A DNA stretch of 61,964 bases, from IMG/VR virus record IMGVR_UViG_3300029944_000009. One strand, 5' to 3'. Shown piece after piece: positions 53,818 to 60,998 of the stretch. The translations under genes were made by a program, and so were the position numbers. Every line of letters begins with the position of its first letter. The first letter of the stretch is position 1. The DNA comes from a virus. The notes under the pieces were generated by a model, which was not told where the DNA came from, searched no databases, and saw only the letters and a list, made by a program, of their open reading frames with translations.

Positions 53818-56087
53818 GACTTTTGCCGCTTCATGGCGGCAAGCAAGATGTCCTGGACTGATCTCTTGCTGCCTAGGCGGTCCAGGACCATCTCGTCTAC
53901 CGTGTCGGCCGCAACTATATAGTGGACGAATACAGGCCGCTTGAGACCCGCTTGGGCTTGCCGCATGGGGCCAATACGCTCGATAATCTGCATGTGCTCT
54001 TCCAAACTCCAGTTTAGCCCGAAAAAAGCTAGAATGTTGCCGCCGGCAGCCAGGTTCAGGCCATGGCCAGCGGAGTTATGGGATATAAATACTTCCCCAA
54101 AGTTATTACGTATTAGAAACCGGTGGCGGGGGCCGCAATCTACAAGGTCGTAGACTGGCGAGACTTGCGGCGGCGGGGATACGTCGATTTCTCGTAGTCG
54201 GCTACCGCTTCGTCTCCGGTCATGCCCCTGTTTAGCCTTGGTAGAAGCGCGCCCTTTGTCCCCCCAGACCTCCGGCAAAATTCGGCGAGGTGCATAGTCT
54301 CGCCCTTGTACGTGATTACCCGGTTGTTTGTTTTGTTCGCTTGTTGCTCTGCGTTCGTTGCCCAGCGGCAATTTTCCTTCGAATACCCCAGACTGTTGTC
54401 TATTCGCTCTATCGTCAAATTTGGCGCGTATGTACTCCACATGTCGTTGTAAAAGTTTTTGAAATCTACCCAAGACCTGGACAGTCCTTTTCCTGCTCCC
54501 CCGTACCTCCAGTAATTCCGGCAAGTGGACGACAGCGCCCGCTCCTTCATCCCTTTCCATATCGACCAAAAACGAGTGTTGGTCATGTTGTGGAACGTAT
54601 CCTGGACGCACGTCTTGCAGTGCTTGTCCCCGCGTTTGTTGGCGCGTAACAGGTTCTGTAGCGCCATCTCCTGCTCCGCGCCGCAGTGGCAACATTTCGC
54701 TAAGGTATATCTCATCTCCCTCATAGAAGAATTGAATCGATTCGGTAGCATTTTCACCATCCCGAACATTTTTGGCCTCTACCCATTCCCCGTTTATAAG
54801 AAGTTTATGCTCCGGCGTCATAGTGATGCCAAATCGCGAGATCACGTTTCGAACACCTGAAAAGATACAGCCCGCGTGGTTAACAAAAGCCACGCCATCG
54901 TGCACCCGTTCTTGTTTTTCGACATCAACGAGGCTAACCCACCCCCGGTGTTCAGTCAACACTTCAGTCTCGGGGTGCAAGCATGCGGGGTGGGCAAATA
55001 ATAGCGGGATTTCGCCCGCGTTCCATCGCTCTATGGTCTTTGGGTCCGCGTCGAGATGCTTGCCTTTCGGAAACGCTTCTTTCAACCGCGCCAGATCATG
55101 TTTGAAGTTATACGCAACAAGAACCGGCACGCCGTTCGCTTCTTCGACGATGCTCTCTAGCGCATCGAGCTTGGCGTTATGCAGGTCTGTAAAGACTCTA
55201 GCGGCTTCATCTGTGTACAGGCCCCCATTGCAAATTTGGAGGCATTTATTCGTGCGTACGGCGGCGTTCGCTGCGCCTATAGCGATATCTTCTGCCAGTT
55301 CCACGAACATTTCCGCCTGCATCTCGTCGTAGATCGCGCGGGCATCTGGTGGTAGTTCAATCTTCACGATATTGTGAATAGGCGCGTCAACAGGTAAGCC
55401 GTCCACCGTCAGGCATAGGTCTTTGACCTTCTCGTGTATTTCGCCTTCAGAATGCGCGAGCGGCACAAGGCTGTAGCCATCGTAACCGGTGCGGAACCAT
55501 CTGTCGCTGAAGGCTGAGTAGGAGTGACCGAGCCGGGCACCCCGGTCCAAGAACCACAGTTGGCCCCACAGGTCTTTGAGGCCATTCGGCGAGGGCGTAC
55601 CAGTTAGGCCGATGAAGCGGGGGGTTGGATGCGCAAACTTCGCCAGAGCCCGGGCGCGCATGCTACCTTGCCGCAGGCGAAAAGATTTCAGCCGTGTGAA
55701 CTCGTCGGCTATAATTGTTTTAAACGGCCATGTGCCGCCAAGGGCGCCGAGTAGCCATTTGAGGTTTTCGTAATTCATACAGTAAATGTCAGCTGGTCTC
55801 TGGAGTGCTTGCGCGCGCTCCTTCGTGCTGCCAGTGATGACCGATACCCGCAGATGTTTTAGGTGCGGCCACTTCTGCACTTCCGGCCCCCATACGGTGC
55901 GAGCAACGCGCAGAGGCGCCAATACCAACGCGGGGAACACGTCTTCAACGAGGGCGAGGCTATCCAGCGCGGTAAGGGTCGAGACCGTCTTCCCGGACCC
56001 CATCGCGGCCCACAGCGCGCAGCGCGGGTTTGCTTGGATAAAATCCACCATGTCTTGCTGGTAGTCGTGCGGGATAAATTTTGTCAC
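53814..56087 (-). CDS. SNF2-family helicase interrupted by an intein
   Basis: Motif I AAMGSGKT, motif II IIADEF, motif III LTGTPSPNG, motif V split as LLFAHPA|...|SAGHGLNL. GTG start. Confidence 0.9.
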   Translation of the reverse strand: MTKFIPHDYQQDMVDFIQANPRCALWAAMGSGKTVSTLTALDSLALVEDVFPALVLAPLRVARTVWGPEVQKWPHLKHLRVSVITGSTKERAQALQRPADIYCMNYENLKWLLGALGGTWPFKTIIADEFTRLKSFRLRQGSMRARALAKFAHPTPRFIGLTGTPSPNGLKDLWGQLWFLDRGARLGHSYSAFSDRWFRTGYDGYSLVPLAHSEGEIHEKVKDLCLTVDGLPVDAPIHNIVKIELPPDARAIYDEMQAEMFVELAEDIAIGAANAAVRTNKCLQICNGGLYTDEAARVFTDLHNAKLDALESIVEEANGVPVLVAYNFKHDLARLKEAFPKGKHLDADPKTIERWNAGEIPLLFAHPACLHPETEVLTEHRGWVSLVDVEKQERVHDGVAFVNHAGCIFSGVRNVISRFGITMTPEHKLLINGEWVEAKNVRDGENATESIQFFYEGDEIYLSEMLPLRRGAGDGATEPVTRQQTRGQALQDVRPGYVPQHDQHSFLVDMERDEGAGAVVHLPELLEVRGSRKRTVQVLGRFQKLLQRHVEYIRAKFDDRANRQQSGVFEGKLPLGNERRATSEQNKQPGNHVQGRDYAPRRILPEVWGDKGRASTKAKQGHDRRRSGSRLREIDVSPPPQVSPVYDLVDCGPRHRFLIRNNFGEVFISHNSAGHGLNLAAGGNILAFFGLNWSLEEHMQIIERIGPMRQAQAGLKRPVFVHYIVAADTVDEMVLDRLGSKRSVQDILLAAMKRQKS
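54075..54983 (-). mobile_element. Intein of 303 codons inserted in helicase motif V
   Basis: CLHPETEVLT (block A), TMTPEHKLL (block B), VYDLVDCGPRHRFLIRNNFGEVFISHN followed by the +1 Ser (blocks F/G). Confidence 0.85.
54140..54769 (-). CDS. HNH-family homing endonuclease nested inside the helicase intein in a different reading frame
   Basis: RFWSIWKGMKERALSSTCRNYWRYGGAGKGL...LTIERIDNSLGYSKENCRWAT...ITYKGETMHLAEFCR. The offset from the host start is 1318 nt, which is not a multiple of 3. Confidence 0.8.
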   Translation of the reverse strand: MFGMVKMLPNRFNSSMREMRYTLAKCCHCGAEQEMALQNLLRANKRGDKHCKTCVQDTFHNMTNTRFWSIWKGMKERALSSTCRNYWRYGGAGKGLSRSWVDFKNFYNDMWSTYAPNLTIERIDNSLGYSKENCRWATNAEQQANKTNNRVITYKGETMHLAEFCRRSGGTKGALLPRLNRGMTGDEAVADYEKSTYPRRRKSRQSTTL

Positions 56088-56142
56088 TTGTCAGCTTTCA
56101 TTTGCAAGGCCCGCTTAGCAGGTATTTAGAGGCGCGCAATGC

Positions 56143-56256
56143 TCATTTCTTGATCCTCGTTTCTGTAGGGCGCGGGCCAATAAAAAGTCCAGCAGCCCAC
56201 CAAAAATGCGCCCAAAACACCGGACTCCTAAGTGTGTCACGCCATCTGCGCCTCAT
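56143..56256 (-). CDS. 37-aa ORF, MRRRWRDTL...
   Basis: ATGA-coupled to the upstream gene. The start lies in a conserved junction repeat. Weak call. Confidence 0.25.
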   Translation of the reverse strand: MRRRWRDTLRSPVFWAHFWWAAGLFIGPRPTETRIKK

Positions 56257-56417
56257 ATCGTGGATGCCTTCTCTTTCTCAGGTTGATGTTGAAGGGTGCC
56301 GGTGTGTAGGCATTTTGGACAAACAAGCTTGCCCCTAAAAATGCCGCACTGGTCCCGCCGGAACGTTATGCAGCACCCGTCGCAGCGAAAATTTGCCGAT
56401 GGCTCGTAGGGGCTCAT
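56253..56417 (-). CDS. Small Zn-ribbon protein
   Basis: ATGA-coupled ATG at 56417. CDGCC...CPKC. Confidence 0.5.
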   Translation of the reverse strand: MSPYEPSANFRCDGCCITFRRDQCGIFRGKLVCPKCLHTGTLQHQPEKEKASTI

Positions 56418-56920
56418 TTGAGGGCCCTCAATGACATGGGAAGGGGGTACGGCTCGGCGCTGGCATCTGAGGAATTGAAGCACGTAATTTCTCCGGCATT
56501 CGCCTTCTCTGCCCCACCCAAAAACTTGGCCGTATCGGGGTATCTGACGCGGAGTTTTTCAGGAAGCGCAGAGCCAGACCAAAGATCAAACGTTGTAACG
56601 CGCTGACCTTGATAGACGGACGGCTCGATATATTCGATGTCAAACCGGCGCCCCGCCATGCCGCGCATTGGCCCCGATGTGCGATTGCCCGGGCCATAGA
56701 CGTGGCCGCCGATAATCGTCTTCTTGGCGTGATTGCTTTTGAGATCCTTCTCAAACTCGAACCAATGGTTGCACATGTAGCACATGCGGCGGTCGAGCAG
56801 ATTGGTTCGGTACGGCTCGCAGTATGTATTGCGTGCGACCTCGCCGCAGCCCAAGCATACGTACTCATGATACTTCACGTCATGCCTGGGGGCGATTGTA
56901 ATCTCCCTCAATTCGCTCAT
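56414..56920 (-). CDS. Cys-rich hypothetical protein
   Basis: ATGA-coupled ATG at 56920. CLGCG...CYMCNHWFEF. Confidence 0.6.
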   Translation of the reverse strand: MSELREITIAPRHDVKYHEYVCLGCGEVARNTYCEPYRTNLLDRRMCYMCNHWFEFEKDLKSNHAKKTIIGGHVYGPGNRTSGPMRGMAGRRFDIEYIEPSVYQGQRVTTFDLWSGSALPEKLRVRYPDTAKFLGGAEKANAGEITCFNSSDASAEPYPLPMSLRALK

Positions 56921-57105
56921 TTGTCGGTTCCTTCTGTCACGTATCCATTGCCATCGCAGGTAGCGCACTTGTCGAAGAACTGCTCCCGATTCCGGTCTTC
57001 CCATTCCTCCCCGCCGGTCCCGGCACATTCTAGGCAAAGAACGCAACCGGCCGGGATTTCCTTTGCGGGGTCGCGATGGATTGGATAGATCGGATCATCG
57101 CTCAT
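56917..57105 (-). CDS. DnaJ-type zinc-finger protein with CxxCxGxG x2
   Basis: CLECAGTG and CATCDGNG. Confidence 0.6.
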   Translation of the reverse strand: MSDDPIYPIHRDPAKEIPAGCVLCLECAGTGGEEWEDRNREQFFDKCATCDGNGYVTEGTDK

Positions 57106-57338
57106 TGGTTTGCCTTTGCGTCTTCAGGGGTTTCATATTTGCCGCATTTTTCGCAGGTGCGTTCGACGGTTCCATCGCCGTCCCATTTATGGTCACAGGC
57201 GGCCATCACTGCGATCCAGTCCGCCGAGCACGACTCGCAAAACAATCCGCCGTTGACTGGATCGTGAACCTCGCCGATTTCCGATTCTGGAAAATCTTTT
57301 GCGCACGCTTCGCAGCGGAACGTATCTTCGGGGCTCAT
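57102..57338 (-). CDS. Small Zn-ribbon protein
   Basis: CEAC...CESC...CEKC. I prefer the ATG at 57338 over the TTG at 57350. Confidence 0.55.
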   Translation of the reverse strand: MSPEDTFRCEACAKDFPESEIGEVHDPVNGGLFCESCSADWIAVMAACDHKWDGDGTVERTCEKCGKYETPEDAKANQ

Positions 57339-57343
57339 TTCAT

Positions 57344-57553
57344 TCACCAACTTTCATCGCCAACGCGAGTAGTTAATCCCCACCCCACGACGCTCGACCA
57401 AGACGCTTTGAAGTAGGCTTTTAAGTCGCCGCGCATCTGCTTCCGCTCGTAGCCAAGCAGCTGGCGCTGGACAGTATGTTTGCGGGCCTTGTCGTAGATC
57501 AACGCCGGGCCATCGCCGGTCAACGGCACCTGTACCTTAACGATTTCGCTCAT
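57344..57553 (-). CDS. Hypothetical protein
   Basis: ATG at 57553 after GAGAGAAAGG. Confidence 0.5.
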   Translation of the reverse strand: MSEIVKVQVPLTGDGPALIYDKARKHTVQRQLLGYERKQMRGDLKAYFKASWSSVVGWGLTTRVGDESW

Positions 57554-57663
57554 TGGTTTGCCTTTCTCTCTTTCCGCGCAACGCGGTAGGCTTCTTGCTT
57601 GGCGCGCCGCCATAGTCGCGCTTCCTGGGAGCATGACCGTGACGGCTGATGATTACGCCTCAT
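57550..57663 (-). CDS. 37-aa basic ORF, MRRNHQPSR...
   Basis: ATGA-coupled at both ends. The start lies in a conserved junction repeat. Weak call. Confidence 0.25.
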   Translation of the reverse strand: MRRNHQPSRSCSQEARLWRRAKQEAYRVARKERKANQ

Positions 57664-57878
57664 ATCGTGGATGTCCTCTCGTTCTCGTAAGCAGCGATTG
57701 CGTTGTGCGCTTCCAGTCGAGTAAGGGCGACGGCCTCTGCAATCGCCGGAAATTTGCCGCTTTCGGCCGCCGTAACCATCTCCGACCACGCCAGAGCACC
57801 ACCCTCTGGCGCGGCCTCAATCCCGGCCGAGCTGGCGCACCATGTTTCCCAGATCGCTTTGGCGGCGGCTTCGCTCAT
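57660..57878 (-). CDS. Hypothetical protein
   Basis: Coupled track ORF. Confidence 0.5.
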   Translation of the reverse strand: MSEAAAKAIWETWCASSAGIEAAPEGGALAWSEMVTAAESGKFPAIAEAVALTRLEAHNAIAAYENERTSTI

Positions 57879-58123
57879 TTGATTAATCCTGTCTCTGTTG
57901 CGATAGACACGGCCTGGGCCATGCCAGAGGCATAGATCGCGCCCAACGCCGCGCTGAACGATCGGCCTGAATTAGTCATATCGGTAAAGATCGAAAGCGC
58001 CTGGCGCTGGCACATGTCCCAATGCTTCGGGTCCATCCATTCTGCCGCTTGCATATTCGGCGGCAGGTACTGGCCAGAGAACCGCGATGACGGTTGCAAC
58101 GGGGTTATTGTGGTGCGGGTCAC
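57875..58123 (-). CDS. Hypothetical protein
   Basis: Coupled track ORF. Confidence 0.5.
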   Translation of the reverse strand: MTRTTITPLQPSSRFSGQYLPPNMQAAEWMDPKHWDMCQRQALSIFTDMTNSGRSFSAALGAIYASGMAQAVSIATETGLIK

Positions 58124-58362
58124 GGTTGCGCGTTCCCGCGGGCCAGCAATTCAGAGATGCTTCCGGGAAGCGGTTCACCGACAAAATCGGCGGCTGGATT
58201 GCCAAAATTGGGGCCGGGAATAAACCATTTCTGGGGACGCGCGGCGTCGATCTTAGCTAGAAGGTCATAGTAGGGCTGACACTGGCGCTGCGCCGTCTCC
58301 ATAATAGACCGAATGATGCGGAGCGCATTTTGTTCGGCCTTTTCGATCTCTTCCTCCCTCAT
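58120..58362 (-). CDS. Hypothetical protein
   Basis: Coupled track ORF. Confidence 0.5.
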   Translation of the reverse strand: MREEEIEKAEQNALRIIRSIMETAQRQCQPYYDLLAKIDAARPQKWFIPGPNFGNPAADFVGEPLPGSISELLARGNAQP

Positions 58363-58595
58363 TTCTCTGATCCTTCTCTTACAGATTCAATGGCTTCTAT
58401 TCGGGGGGCTATGCCTGGCACATGCTCCCACAAGAGCGCAATGGAAGTATCCAAAGCCTCTTCAAGTTCTGCAATTCGTTCATCTTTAGGATCACGTTTT
58501 TCAACCTCTTTGCGAGCGTTAAATTCCGCAAGCGCGGCGGCTGACTTTCTCCTGCGTTCGGCTAGTTCAGCGCCGGTGGATTTCGGTTTGCTCAT
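58359..58595 (-). CDS. Hypothetical charged coiled-coil protein
   Basis: Coupled track ORF. Confidence 0.5.
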   Translation of the reverse strand: MSKPKSTGAELAERRRKSAAALAEFNARKEVEKRDPKDERIAELEEALDTSIALLWEHVPGIAPRIEAIESVREGSEK

Positions 58596-58597
58596 TT

Positions 58598-58789
58598 CTA
58601 GGACTCCGTTATGGTGTGGTGGCGCTCAATCACGGCCAGGGCGGCGCGGGCTTGGCGCATATACATGGCTTGCCCATCCTCAGTTAAATCTTCCATTGTC
58701 AACTGCTCATCCAAACCTGACGAAAAAACAAACTCGTTGTTGGCAATCGCAAGCGCCATGGCTTCGACCACGTAATCGGGAACGCTCAT
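58598..58789 (-). CDS. Hypothetical protein
   Basis: Track ORF. Confidence 0.5.
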   Translation of the reverse strand: MSVPDYVVEAMALAIANNEFVFSSGLDEQLTMEDLTEDGQAMYMRQARAALAVIERHHTITES

Positions 58790-58917
58790 TACTTTGGCTT
58801 CCTTCCGAAAATTGGTTGATCCCGCGAGCCGAGCTTCCGGTATGCGGTCGAGGGGCTGACGCCGATCTGCTCGGCCGCCTGGTTGCCGGTCAATTCGGGG
58901 TTAGATGACCTGCACAT
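58789..58917 (-). CDS. 42-aa HTH protein, resolvase/Hin-type HTH-like
   Basis: ATG at 58917 after GGAGGGGGG. Translation: MCRSSNPELTGNQAAEQIGVSPSTAYRKLGSRDQPIFGRKPK. Confidence 0.4.
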   Translation of the reverse strand: MCRSSNPELTGNQAAEQIGVSPSTAYRKLGSRDQPIFGRKPK

Positions 58918-59452
58918 GAACCCCCCTCCGTTCGATAAAATCAGCCATCGATGGCAGTTCCTTGGCGGCGATGATCAGGGTGTCACCAGTCCGCAGCAAC
59001 TTCTTTGTGAAAAGCTTGTCGTCGAAAATGTGCCCAGGATGTATGACCATGCGCTCCATAATAGCGCGGGTTCGCTTTGACCCTTTTATCGGTAAAAATG
59101 CTACCACAGCAGGGCTTATAAGCTGAGGAAAATCTGGCCTTGGTTTTGCGATGCGTTCATTCTCACCATCAACCGCCGCAATCACGTTTTCGATTGCCGC
59201 AATGGCACGGTGAGCAGAGACAGCGAATGTCTCGGTTGTTCCATAAGCTGGCGCGCGGTGTGGTTTTAACGCTCGATGTACCAGCCGTTCTATGATTTGG
59301 GCGTCTCCGTGCGGGCGTTCCCATGATTGAATCAAACCAATTTCCATATCACGGAAGCGCAACGCCCGCAGACGAGCAAGAGGGCTAACAGAAAATCCTA
59401 TTTTGTGGAGGCGTTCTCCATATCGCATGACGTAGACAAAATTAGCGGGCAT
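58901..59452 (-). CDS. T5orf172 (GIY-YIG-like) domain protein whose C-terminal segment resembles part of a serine-recombinase catalytic domain
   Basis: N-terminus VYVMRYGERLHKIGFSVSPLARLRAL. C-terminus IFDDKLFTKKLLRTGDTLIIAAKELPSMADFIERRGV. Confidence 0.6.
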   Translation of the reverse strand: MPANFVYVMRYGERLHKIGFSVSPLARLRALRFRDMEIGLIQSWERPHGDAQIIERLVHRALKPHRAPAYGTTETFAVSAHRAIAAIENVIAAVDGENERIAKPRPDFPQLISPAVVAFLPIKGSKRTRAIMERMVIHPGHIFDDKLFTKKLLRTGDTLIIAAKELPSMADFIERRGVHVQVI

Positions 59453-59600
59453 TTTTGAGCGCCTTCCGTAAGGCGATTTTTACCCATTGCGTTACGGTGC
59501 GCTCGTCCGCTTTGGCGGCTCGCTCGATGGCGGCTTTCATGTCTGCATCTACGCGAATGCCTAGGTGCGCGTCGGGGACGGCTTGTTCTGGGTTTTCCAT
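59442..59600 (-). CDS. Ribbon-helix-helix (CopG/Arc-like) regulator, first gene of the second leftward arm
   Basis: HLGIRVDADMKAAIERAAKADERTVTQWVKIALRKAL. Alternative upstream starts are at 59618 and 59678. Confidence 0.6.
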   Translation of the reverse strand: MENPEQAVPDAHLGIRVDADMKAAIERAAKADERTVTQWVKIALRKALKNAR

Positions 59601-59642
59601 GCACCGAGCATAGCGCATTTGTTTAACCTCGTCAAATACCGT

Positions 59643-59671
59643 TTGACAGATTGCAAGCGAAGGATTATAAA
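59643..59671 (+). promoter_or_regulatory. Near-consensus sigma70-type promoter
   Basis: TTGACA (59643-48), 17 nt, TATAAA (59666-71), upstream of the C5 MTase gene. Confidence 0.55.
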
Positions 59672-59719
59672 GGGCCATCGCCGGGCTGTTCCGGTATTCA
59701 CAAATTGCCCGGAGCCTGC

Positions 59720-60358
59720 GTGAAACCCAAAGCCTTAGATTTATTTTGTTGTGCTGGCGGCGCTGCGATGGGTTTGCATCGTGCTGGCTTCGAGGTTGTC
59801 GGTGTGGATATTGAGCACCAGAAGAATTATCCGTTTGAGTTTCACCAAGCCGACGCGCTCGGACATTCGCTTGAAGGCTTTGACTTTATATGGGCTTCGC
59901 CGCCGTGCCAGGCTTATTCTAACGCCCAGCGTATCCGCTCAAATGACCACCCCGATTTAGTGGGGCCGATCCGTGAACGGCTCAAAGCCTCCGGTGTTCC
60001 CTGGGCTATTGAGAATGTCGTCGGCGCGCCCCTCATAAATCCGATTGAGCTTTGCGGGTCGATGTTCCCCGGATTGCGCACATACCGCCATCGACTGTTC
60101 GAGTGTTCTTTCCCTATATCCGCGCCGGTACACCCAGAGCACGAGGCTCCTCTCACCAAGATGGGGCGCCCCGTAGCGGCAGAAAACTTCATGCACGTCG
60201 TAGGCAATTTCTCTGGCGTGCAGAAGGCTCGCGAAGCCATGGGGATTGATTGGATGGTGCGCGACGAGTTGCGCGAGGCAATCCCGCCGGCATATTCAGA
60301 GTACATCGGCCGCGCCGCCCTGGCGGTCATAAACGCCAAGCGGGCGGTTGCCGCTTAA
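59720..60358 (+). CDS. dcm: Compact DNA cytosine-5 methyltransferase
   Basis: GTG at 59720, 5 nt after GGAG and downstream of the promoter. Motifs DLFCCAGGAAMG (I), SPPCQAYS (IV), ENV (VI), RHRLF (VIII), AIPPAYSEYIG (X). Confidence 0.85.
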   Translation: MKPKALDLFCCAGGAAMGLHRAGFEVVGVDIEHQKNYPFEFHQADALGHSLEGFDFIWASPPCQAYSNAQRIRSNDHPDLVGPIRERLKASGVPWAIENVVGAPLINPIELCGSMFPGLRTYRHRLFECSFPISAPVHPEHEAPLTKMGRPVAAENFMHVVGNFSGVQKAREAMGIDWMVRDELREAIPPAYSEYIGRAALAVINAKRAVAA

Positions 60359-60363
60359 CGAGT

Positions 60364-60376
60364 CCACCTAACCCCC
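60364..60376 (+). repeat. 13-bp direct repeat CCACCTAACCCCC, left copy
   Basis: An identical copy is at 60865..60877. The pair brackets the MGCDIH gene. Confidence 0.8.
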
Positions 60377-60397
60377 AATTTACACCAGGAGGCCCTT

Positions 60398-60861
60398 ATG
60401 GGTTGCGATATTCACAGCTACGCAGAACGGAAAGATGAGAGCGGCAAGTACGTCGATCTTGATTTTTCGCCATTCGATAACCGTTCATACGGCACATTCG
60501 GCTTCCTGGCCGACGTAAGGAATTATTCGGCCGTTCCACCGATTTCCCAGCCGCGCGGCTTGCCGGACGATGTTTCGAGCGAGGTGCCGGAACGAGACGA
60601 AACCTGGGGAAGTGACGGCCATTCGCACTCGTGGCTTTCCGTGGCCGAGCTGGTCTCTTTCGATTATGATTCGGCCATGGAGGATCGGCGCCATACCGTG
60701 CAGACCGGGCCGCGGTCATGGAATGGAGGCGCGACTTGTGAAGTTGGTCAGGGCAAAAAAAAACCACCTTCCGCAAGTTCCTTGGCGATGGATTTTTCGC
60801 TGACCTCAAGAAACTACAGGACATGGGCGCCGAGCGCGTCGTGTTCTGGTTCGAGAGCTGA
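60398..60861 (+). CDS. Conserved-looking hypothetical protein (MGCDIHSYAE...) that needs a -1 frame change at an A9 run (60755-60763) to reach its plausible C-terminus
   Basis: The 0 frame after the A-run is S/R/P/C-rich junk running to 61009. The -1 frame reads TTFRKFLGDGFFADLKKLQDMGAERVVFWFES and stops at 60859-61. Confidence 0.55.
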
Positions 60862-60864
60862 GCC

Positions 60865-60877
60865 CCACCTAACCCCC
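60865..60877 (+). repeat. 13-bp direct repeat CCACCTAACCCCC, right copy
   Basis: Lies 3 nt after the -1-frame stop codon. Confidence 0.8.
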
Positions 60878-60998
60878 GAAAGGCCAGCGCCGTGCTTAAG
60901 CGGTACAAATCAAAATCTTCTGTTCTACGCGCGATTAAGCGCCATGACTCAAAAAACAGAGTGCTCTTTAACGAGATTATCGATGGTGAGCATTACTG

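Noticed and set aside
53823-53842. Hairpin TTGCCGC-TTCATG-GCGGCAA at the convergent junction of the tail fibre and helicase genes, considered as a bidirectional terminator
   Set aside because: It lies inside the helicase coding region and has no U-tract on either strand. The two stop codons overlap (53814-53817), so termination signals remain unidentified.
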